DNA of 64,000 nucleotides from a bacterium (GTDB lineage: Bacteria > Patescibacteriota > Minisyncoccia > Phycocordibacterales > UBA9973). Every line of letters begins with the position of its first letter. Position 1 is the stretch's first letter. The translations under genes and the position numbers were made by a program. Under the pieces are notes generated by a model, which saw only the letters and a list, made by a program, of their open reading frames with translations, did no database searches and was not told where the DNA came from. The stretch is taken from NCBI GenBank assembly GCA_037130655.1, contig JBAXSP010000003.1, forward strand, positions 4,684-68,683. The letters are read 5' to 3'. This document shows positions 57,509 through 64,000 of the stretch, one piece after another.

Positions 57509-57590
57509 AAATTATTCAATGCTATTACAGTAATGTAAAAAGAATAGCAAATATAAGCCTAAAAAGCAAAAAAAGTAGCCCTTGTGGGGG

Positions 57591-58172
57591 CTACTGATGA
57601 AATAATGATCCAAATACTTCGTTGAATTTTTCAAGCCACTCTTTTTCTTCAGGGCTTCGGTGGTCAACGCTCAAATACCTACTCATTCGTTCTTCGAGTC
57701 GCCGAAATTTTTCTTCATGGCTTTCAATGATAAAATGCTCAATTTCTTGTTGATTGTACCAATGAAATACTTTTTTGTTTGAATGCTCCGCATTTCTGAT
57801 GATGAATTCATCGCTACCATCTTTGATGTAAGAAACTATAAAATCGATACGAGGTAGTTTCATTTTATCTAACACTAATTTTTGAGTAGCGTCAGACTCA
57901 TGGTTAATTGCCATCCACAATAGATGGTGATCAATTTTTCTACACAGCAAAGTTTGTTTGTTGTCATAAAATTGTTCAAGTGAAATTATTGAACTCTTAA
58001 TGATTTCGTTGGTTATTTTTTCATACAACATTTTTGGTACATAGGTAATAAATCCTGCTGTATATAAATCAAAAAGTAACATATTAAATTCACCGGTAAG
58101 CTTTTCTTCCCACTGAGAAGGAAAGGGTTCATCTTCTAGAAGAAGTAGTATTCCGACTTTATTTTTTTGCAT
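57591..58172 (-). CDS. Hypothetical protein (AT-rich orphan)
   Basis: ORF fills the efp-recA gap; ATG 58172 preferred over the upstream TTG. Confidence 0.6.
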   Translation of the reverse strand: MQKNKVGILLLLEDEPFPSQWEEKLTGEFNMLLFDLYTAGFITYVPKMLYEKITNEIIKSSIISLEQFYDNKQTLLCRKIDHHLLWMAINHESDATQKLVLDKMKLPRIDFIVSYIKDGSDEFIIRNAEHSNKKVFHWYNQQEIEHFIIESHEEKFRRLEERMSRYLSVDHRSPEEKEWLEKFNEVFGSLFHQ

Positions 58173-58227
58173 AATAACGATAGCTTTTATTCCACCGTAA
58201 CAATAGCACAGCAGGGGGATAAAAAGC

Positions 58228-58251
58228 AAAAAACACCCGAAGGTGTTTTTT
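58228..58251 (-). terminator. Terminator after recA
   Basis: aaaaaacacc-cgaa-ggtgtttttt. Confidence 0.7.
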
Positions 58252-58258
58252 AAATATA

Positions 58259-59380
58259 TTATTCTCCTGAACTTTCCATTACGACTTCTTTCATCCGTTT
58301 TCGAACAGATTTCAATATTTCTTCACGGATCTTTGGGTTTTCTTTCATAAAGGTACGTGTTGCGTCATATCCACGTCCTAGTTTGACCTCATTAGCGTTC
58401 TCATCTCCATCTTCGCCATCAGCTTTTGATTTCTTTACTTTTACTGGTGCTTCTCCTTCTTTTGTAGGTTTTGTTTCGCGAATAAAGGTGTAACTTGTAC
58501 CACTTTTGACAATGTTTCCAAGTTTTTCACCGAGCGCAATTAATTCTCCTTCAAGAGAAATTCCTTCACCGTAAATAATATCAAATTCAGTTTGTTTGAA
58601 TGGGGAAGCGACTTTATTCTTCACTACTTTCACACGAGTTCGAGAACCGACAACTTCTTCGCCTTTCTTGATCTGTGCAATACGACGAATATCAAGACGG
58701 ATAGAAGTATAGAACTTCAATGCTTTTCCTCCTGGTGTTGTTTCTGGATTACCAAACATCACACCGATTTGCATACGGATTTGGTTGATAAAGATAACAA
58801 CAGTGTTTGAACGAGCAACGATTGCTGTCAATTTACGAAGTGCTTGTGACATCAAACGAGCTTGTTTACCCATATGAGATGCACCCATATCTCCTTCAAT
58901 TTCATCTTTTGGAGTCAGTGCTGCAACAGAGTCGACAACGATTACATCAATCTTACCTGAACGGACCAATGTCTCACAAATTTCAAGTCCTTGTTCTCCT
59001 GTGTCTGGTTGAGAAATAAGGAGTTCTTTGGTGTTTACTCCAAGATTCTGTGCATAATCTGGATCCATTGCGTGTTCAGCGTCAATATACGCACAGATAC
59101 CACCCAATTTTTGAGCCTCTGCAACGATGTGGAGGGCGAGTGTTGTCTTACCAGATGATTCTGGTCCAAAGATTTCAATCATACGTCCACGAGGAACACC
59201 ACCGATACCGAGTGCGATATCAAGTCCGATAGAACCAGTAGGGATGACACTCAAATTAACTTTTGGTGCATCACCCAATTTCATAATTGCCCCTTCTCCG
59301 AATTTAGTTTGAATTGATTTGATTGTGTCTGCAACACTTTCTGAACCTAATTCTGCTTTTACTTTTTTTACTTTTGCCAT
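58259..59380 (-). CDS. recA: Recombinase A
   Basis: [53 protein letters not shown]; ATG at 59380. Confidence 0.98.
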   Translation of the reverse strand: MAKVKKVKAELGSESVADTIKSIQTKFGEGAIMKLGDAPKVNLSVIPTGSIGLDIALGIGGVPRGRMIEIFGPESSGKTTLALHIVAEAQKLGGICAYIDAEHAMDPDYAQNLGVNTKELLISQPDTGEQGLEICETLVRSGKIDVIVVDSVAALTPKDEIEGDMGASHMGKQARLMSQALRKLTAIVARSNTVVIFINQIRMQIGVMFGNPETTPGGKALKFYTSIRLDIRRIAQIKKGEEVVGSRTRVKVVKNKVASPFKQTEFDIIYGEGISLEGELIALGEKLGNIVKSGTSYTFIRETKPTKEGEAPVKVKKSKADGEDGDENANEVKLGRGYDATRTFMKENPKIREEILKSVRKRMKEVVMESSGE

Positions 59381-59387
59381 ACTGTAA

Positions 59388-59786
59388 TTAGTTAATGTTT
59401 GGTAATGAATCTCGACTGCCGACTGTAGTGGTTGGTGGATCAACAGCTACATATACTGGATATTGATCTGATTTGATATGCCCATAAGCATCTTTTGATT
59501 CAATGGTGACAATAGAGTATCCGTCAGGAAGAAGAATTGAATCATTCCATTTGCCGTCAGTACTAATTGGAACAATATTCCCATTTACTTTGAGTATTTT
59601 GATTTTTGGAGCAGTACCAGCGATAGAAAGCATCTTGTTTTCAAGTGTCTGTCCCTCTATGTTTGTTGCTAGTTTTACTTTGTGGGTGAAAACAACATTG
59701 CCGATTTGCCATAAAGTGAAAAGAAGTGCCACAGAAAAGAGGCTTGTGGTGACATAAAATTGTGGTGGTCGGCGTTTGGTTTTCAT
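59388..59786 (-). CDS. Single-pass membrane protein with one Ig-like domain
   Basis: N-terminal TM; I.G.......L.VNG..V....DG.W...I.L..GY..VTI...D.YG; tightly coupled between ftsK and recA. Confidence 0.7.
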   Translation of the reverse strand: MKTKRRPPQFYVTTSLFSVALLFTLWQIGNVVFTHKVKLATNIEGQTLENKMLSIAGTAPKIKILKVNGNIVPISTDGKWNDSILLPDGYSIVTIESKDAYGHIKSDQYPVYVAVDPPTTTVGSRDSLPNIN

Positions 59787-59787
59787 A

Positions 59788-61956
59788 CTATTCTTCCTCC
59801 ATTGGAGCGTTATCTGTGCCATGACCAATGACCTCACGAGGCTTCGCGCCGTTTCCAGGGCCGACAATACCACGTTCTTCGAGAAGGTCTATCAAACGGG
59901 CTGCACGTGCGTATCCAACAGAGAGTTTGCGTTGTAAGAATGATGTAGAAGCTTTACCTGTTTCAATAACAGTACGTTTTGCTTCTTCATATAGATCATC
60001 ATCACTGTCACCACCCATACCACTTTCAAAGATATTGTTCCCAGTACTAACGACACCTGAAAGGTCGATGGTGTCAGGAAGTTCATCTTGATATGCATCA
60101 GTTAGGTATTTGACGACCTTTTTTACTTCATCTTCAGAGATATATGCAGATTGTAGACGTTGTGGCTGGCCTTCACCGCCAGAGTAGAGCATATCTCCTT
60201 GTCCAAGCAGTTTTTCAGCACCAACGGTATCCAAAATGGTTCGAGAGTCGATACCGGTCGGCACACGAAGTGCGATACGAGTAGGGACGTTTGATTTGAT
60301 AAGTCCGGTAATGACGTTCACTTCAGGGCGTTGTGTTGAAAGAATTAAGTGAATACCAACAGCTCGAGACATTTGTGCTAGTCGAACGATGCCGGCTTCA
60401 AGTTCACGAGGGAAGGCCTGCATGATATCAGCCAACTCATCGATGATAATGACGATATATGGCATTGATGGCATACCTTCGACATCTTTCTTGCCTTTCA
60501 ATACATTGTCATGATAAGACTCAATGTCACGAACCGCATTGTCTTGGAGTATTTGATACCGTTCTTCCATTTCTTTGGCTGCCCATTTAAGTGCCAAAAT
60601 AGCCTTCTTTGCATCAGTGATCACCGGAGTGAGGAGGTGAGGGATTTTGTTGTACAACGTAAGTTCAACACGCTTCGGATCAACCATGATGAATTTGAGA
60701 TCTTGCGGTCCATTTCGGTATATCAATGAGTTGATAACGGCGTGAATTGTCACTGATTTACCAGAACCAGTTGTTCCGGCAATCAATGCGTGTGGAGCTT
60801 TTGCAAGGTTCACATAATGCGGTTTACCAGCAACGTCACGCCCAAGTGCAGTCATGAGTGGCTTCGGTGCATTTTGGAAACGTTCATCAGAAAGCAAGGT
60901 ACCAAGACCAACAGTAGCTTTTGTTTTATTCGGGATTTCAATACCTACCAATGACTTGCCTGGGATTGGTGCTTCAATACGAACCGGGTGAGCTGCAAGT
61001 GAAAGTGCAAGGTCGTTTTGCAATCCAACAATACGAGAAAGTTTGACTCCAACAGCAGGCTTCAGTGCATAACGAGTGAATGTTGGACCAATAGTGATCT
61101 CGTCCATTTCAACTTCAATACCGAAGTTCAGTAGTGTGCGTTTGATGATATTTGCATTTGCTTTGATATCACCAACATTAGCTTTTCCTTTGTCACGTTC
61201 AAGGAGAGAAATCGGCGGCGGAATGTATGCAGACATTTTTGTGAAAGCTTTTTTAGGAGTAAACTCTTCTTCTTTTTGTTCGGTAATCTTTGTTGTTTCA
61301 ATAGATTCTTCCGCCGGACTTTCTTCTTGATGAGCTTCTTCGATAAGTTCATTGCCATCAACAACGGTACCAATCTCCGCGCCTTCTTCTTCAGAAAGAA
61401 CTTTCTTTGAGAATTTTGATTTAATGAAATTGATCCATCGTAAAATATTTGGCCGAGTATCAAATAATATAAAAAGAGAGATGAGTGCTATTGCGCTCAA
61501 AAAGAGGGTACTGACATACACATCAAAAAATGAAACAAATGGCCAAGCAACTATTTTGCCAAAAAAGCCACCGGTCGTTTCGTTGAAACTGATATTTAGT
61601 AGTGCCAAAAAAGAGAACAAAAAAGAGATTGAGGTGATGGTATGGAGGCGAGCAAATTGAGGTTTTCCAGAACGAATAAAAGAGACCCCAAGCACAATCA
61701 AAAGGAGTGGTACCAATGCGAAACCATAGCCGAATAAAAATCGTAATCCTCGGTATACAGCCTCACCAGCAACCCCTGCTTTGTGGAACGAAGCAATGAT
61801 AAAAAAGAGTGCCAAAACGAATGTTATGACAGCATAAATACCATACCGAGTTTCGTCTTTCAGTGCCTTTTTTTCTTCTATAATGGCTTCTTCAGAAGTG
61901 TTTTTCTTCTTATTTTTAGTAGAAGTAGCCGTATCTTTTTTGTTCGTTTGTGCCAT
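59788..61956 (-). CDS. ftsK: DNA translocase FtsK/SpoIIIE
   Basis: N-terminal TM segments; PHALIAGTTGSGKS, VDPKRVEL, IIDELAD, STQRP, GAEKLLG.GDML; gamma domain STS.LQRKL.VGYARAAR; ATG at 61956. Confidence 0.97.
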   Translation of the reverse strand: MAQTNKKDTATSTKNKKKNTSEEAIIEEKKALKDETRYGIYAVITFVLALFFIIASFHKAGVAGEAVYRGLRFLFGYGFALVPLLLIVLGVSFIRSGKPQFARLHTITSISFLFSFLALLNISFNETTGGFFGKIVAWPFVSFFDVYVSTLFLSAIALISLFILFDTRPNILRWINFIKSKFSKKVLSEEEGAEIGTVVDGNELIEEAHQEESPAEESIETTKITEQKEEEFTPKKAFTKMSAYIPPPISLLERDKGKANVGDIKANANIIKRTLLNFGIEVEMDEITIGPTFTRYALKPAVGVKLSRIVGLQNDLALSLAAHPVRIEAPIPGKSLVGIEIPNKTKATVGLGTLLSDERFQNAPKPLMTALGRDVAGKPHYVNLAKAPHALIAGTTGSGKSVTIHAVINSLIYRNGPQDLKFIMVDPKRVELTLYNKIPHLLTPVITDAKKAILALKWAAKEMEERYQILQDNAVRDIESYHDNVLKGKKDVEGMPSMPYIVIIIDELADIMQAFPRELEAGIVRLAQMSRAVGIHLILSTQRPEVNVITGLIKSNVPTRIALRVPTGIDSRTILDTVGAEKLLGQGDMLYSGGEGQPQRLQSAYISEDEVKKVVKYLTDAYQDELPDTIDLSGVVSTGNNIFESGMGGDSDDDLYEEAKRTVIETGKASTSFLQRKLSVGYARAARLIDLLEERGIVGPGNGAKPREVIGHGTDNAPMEEE

Positions 61957-62113
61957 TTGTTTTTGTTTACTAATTGTATCACGGGCAAGTAGGTAAAACA
62001 TACAAAAAACGTTGAAAAATAACGATAAAAGGACGATTTGCACTATGTCCGTAAAAGCGTATAATGGTCATACATTTATCAAAAAATTGTCCGTTTATTT
62101 TTCTAAAAGACAT

Positions 62114-62842
62114 ATGAATGCAGTAAAAGACATAATCAAAAAGACAAGAAAAATAGTCACTGCCATATATATGGTTTCTGATTATATGGAAGTATCAGAA
62201 CCACTTCGAAATCATTTGCGAAATATGTCCTTGAAGCTATTAACGGACACAGAATATCTCCAAAAACAAATCACGGTCCAGGGTCACAAAAATGCTGCAG
62301 ACATCAAAGATGATATGGAAAATTTGATCGCAATTCTTGAGATGACAGAACATCTCCGAATGGTTTCAAGAATGAACGCCGACATCATCACTCGAGAACT
62401 ACGTTCTATGTATATGATCATCGATCATCTACCTAAGATTAAAGGGGTTGAAAGTAGTGTGATTTCCGGATTCTCACTCCCAGATTCTTTTTTTGAAAAG
62501 ACTGAAACTGATGCTATTCAGCAATTGGTATCACAAGAAAATACTGAAAACCAACCAGTTATCATAAAGGACAAAAAGATAGTAAGTGTTCCACCTGTTA
62601 AGAAAATAGCACTACCGCAACAAAGTGGTGAGGAACGAAGAAATGAAAGAAAGACCAAAATACTTACACTTATAAAGGACAAAGGAGCTTCTGAGGGGGT
62701 GATGATCAAAGATATATCTCGTGCGTTTGCAGAGCTTTCGGAGAAAACAATTCAACGAGAATTATTTGAATTAGTTGAAAAAGGTCAGATTAAAAAAATG
62801 GGGGAGAAGCGTTGGAGTCGGTATTATCTAAATAATGACTAG
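62114..62842 (+). CDS. Protein with an N-terminal four-helix-bundle-like domain and a C-terminal DeoR-type winged HTH
   Basis: KKT.KIVTAIYMVSD....EPLR..LR; C-terminal R...IL..I......IKDI......SEKTIQREL..LV..G...K.GEKRWSRY; ATG at 62114. Confidence 0.7.
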   Translation: MNAVKDIIKKTRKIVTAIYMVSDYMEVSEPLRNHLRNMSLKLLTDTEYLQKQITVQGHKNAADIKDDMENLIAILEMTEHLRMVSRMNADIITRELRSMYMIIDHLPKIKGVESSVISGFSLPDSFFEKTETDAIQQLVSQENTENQPVIIKDKKIVSVPPVKKIALPQQSGEERRNERKTKILTLIKDKGASEGVMIKDISRAFAELSEKTIQRELFELVEKGQIKKMGEKRWSRYYLNND

Positions 62843-62942
62843 TGACTAAATGACCAATGACTAATATTTCGAACAAAAGCGCGAAGCCTTCGGTTTCGCG
62901 CTTTCGAATTTACTGGTCACTAGTCATTAGTAATTGGTCACT
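62834..62942. repeat. Inverted pair of 4x heptamer arrays enclosing a hairpin
   Basis: 62834-62865 aatgact-agtgact-a-aatgacc-aatgact-aat; central aaagcgcgaagcc-ttc-ggtttcgcgcttt; 62912-62942 reverse complement agtgacc-aattact-aatgact-agtgacc-agt. Confidence 0.85.
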
Positions 62943-62984
62943 AACCCCTGTAATTTTTCGCCTTCTGATACGTCACAATTTTCA

Positions 62985-63125
62985 GGATAGGGTGTCGCCC
63001 GAAACTCATTTAAGTGAGATACAATTTCTAAAGACCATTGCGCAGGCGGGTAGCCGAGCATAGGAATTTTTCACCAGAAAAATATCCGCGGTCTTTAGAA
63101 ATTCGTATCGAACGGCACTTTATCC
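62985..63125 (+). ncRNA. Candidate structured RNA or palindromic element, 141 nt
   Basis: 13-bp closing stem 62985-62997/63113-63125 with three G-U pairs; 14-bp perfect inner stem 63023-63036/63090-63103; two apical hairpins. Confidence 0.45.
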
Positions 63126-63172
63126 ACATAGTTCACAACAGTCAGAATGCCCTTATGTATTATACTTTTTGG

Positions 63173-63562
63173 ATAGTACCTAGGCGTGCATTTTTTGGCA
63201 GTTTATGGTACTATAAATAACGTTATGTGTGCGAGCTATCGGCGCCACATAACAACCGGTCTGATCATTGAAAACACAATACGCAGGGAATCGTGATGCC
63301 GACTTTTCTCTGTGGAATTCTGTCAAAAGAATTCTTTTTTGTTTTCAGTCTCTCACCGTGTATCGGCCATGTCGACACGGCAGATAGCTGAAAAAGCATT
63401 TCTTCAATTCGTTGAGGAGATGTATTTATCAGTTTGTTTTCCGATTATAAAGTACCTACAAAATGTTTTGTCAAAACTATTTTGTAGGCCCATATATAAG
63501 TGTGTAGAATTTCTATAGAGCTTCTACATATAAGTATATGAATTTACTCAGAATATTTTATT
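63173..63562 (+). promoter_or_regulatory. ~390-nt highly structured 5' leader of the surface-protein gene
   Basis: TATACT at 63161-63166 places the start at the first hairpin; at least nine helices with plus-strand G-U pairs before ATG 63563. Confidence 0.6.
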
Positions 63563-64000
63563 ATGCAAATCAATAAAACTGTAAAGGCAGTGTTTGGTGT
63601 TGCAATGGCTGCTGTTCTTCTCGTAGGAACATCTGCTTCTGCTTACACATTCACTTCGTCTTTGAAACTCGGTTCTACTGGTACAGCTGTTAAAGAACTT
63701 CAAAAAGTTCTTAACATGTCAGCTGATACTCAAGTAGCGGCCGCAGGCAAAGTTGGTGGTCCAGGAATGGAAACTACTAAATTTGGTCCTGCAACAAAAG
63801 CAGCACTTCAAAAATTCCAAGCTAAGAACAACTTGTCTCCTTTGACAGGTGCTACTGGTCCTGGAACTCGTGCAGCTCTTAATGCAATCTCAGGTGGTTC
63901 AACAACTCCAACTACACCAACAACTCCTACACAAACAGGTCCTGTAACAGCAATGCTTGCTACAGATAACCCAGCTGCAGGAACAGTGCTTGGTGGTCAA
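63563..64000 (+). CDS. 5' part of a secreted peptidoglycan-binding-domain surface protein (S-layer-like), truncated by the window end
   Basis: MQINKTVK..ASA signal peptide; FT.SLKLGSTG.AVKELQKVLN...FGPATKAAL.KFQ......TG..GP.TRAALN (PG-binding-1 pattern); open to base 64000; strong GCT/ACT/GGT codon bias. Confidence 0.85.
   Translation, partial: MQINKTVKAVFGVAMAAVLLVGTSASAYTFTSSLKLGSTGTAVKELQKVLNMSADTQVAAAGKVGGPGMETTKFGPATKAALQKFQAKNNLSPLTGATGPGTRAALNAISGGSTTPTTPTTPTQTGPVTAMLATDNPAAGTVLGGQ

Noticed and set aside
62114-62842. Diversity-generating retroelement (Avd-like helical bundle)
   Set aside because: No reverse transcriptase and no template/variable repeat pair with multiple adenine-specific mismatches; the 80-bp repeat has a single mismatch and encodes signal peptides.
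63040-63064. SRP RNA helix 8 (CAGG-CGG-GUAG-CCG-AGCA)
   Set aside because: The loop is not GNRA and the flanking helix does not pair; an alternative GGC/GCC fold fits as well. A cmscan would settle it.
63120-63128. oriC, from perfect DnaA boxes (TTATCCACA here, TGTGGATAA at 21634-21642) and the presence of rpmH
   Set aside because: The boxes are isolated, one lies inside a CDS, there is no cluster and no dnaA/dnaN in the window.
62857-63518. Short ORFs 62857..63063, 63038..63220 and 63312..63518
   Set aside because: They overlap repeat arrays and strongly paired structures and show no protein-like features.
1-64000. Alternative genetic code (TGA recoded, as in Gracilibacteria/Absconditabacteria)
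   Set aside because: Conserved genes and even the 9.7-kb Gly-rich ORF are intact under the standard code with no internal TGA.

Overview
Low-GC chromosomal window in standard genetic code. Gene content and protein style point to a Patescibacteria (CPR, Parcubacteria-like) genome; this assignment is inferred, not tested. From left to right: the C-terminus of a probable lytic transglycosylase, a membrane-anchored beta-propeller protein, yidC convergent with rnpA-rpmH, an operon of secreted repeat and fibre-like proteins, a type IV pilus/T2SS-like cluster (ATPase, platform protein, four pilin-like genes) and tpiA. A ~23 kb surface-protein block then separates tpiA from pgk. It encodes a 1716-aa secreted phage-tail-fibre-like protein, a Bro-N/Hsp20 fusion, a 3249-aa autotransporter-passenger-repeat protein with no beta-barrel, and four membrane-anchored cohesin-like proteins around one secreted dockerin-like protein. 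That cohesin-dockerin cluster is the best candidate for an undescribed system. The rest is housekeeping (pgk, aquaporin, HIT, recJ, rnhA, split comEC, SOD, mscL, rpmB, site-2 protease, rpsL-rpsG, tatD, rpsF-ssb-rpsR, efp, recA, ftsK), ending in a helical-bundle/wHTH gene and the 5' part of a peptidoglycan-binding surface protein. Non-coding signals include seven 4x-heptamer arrays (mostly inverted pairs around terminator hairpins), a candidate ~110-nt sRNA with its own promoter and terminator, a ~390-nt highly structured leader, r-protein leader structures, a palindrome inside a pilin leader, and widespread leaderless-type promoters. No rRNA, tRNA, CRISPR array, transposase or integrase was recognised. 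All domain calls come from motif recognition by eye, not database searches.
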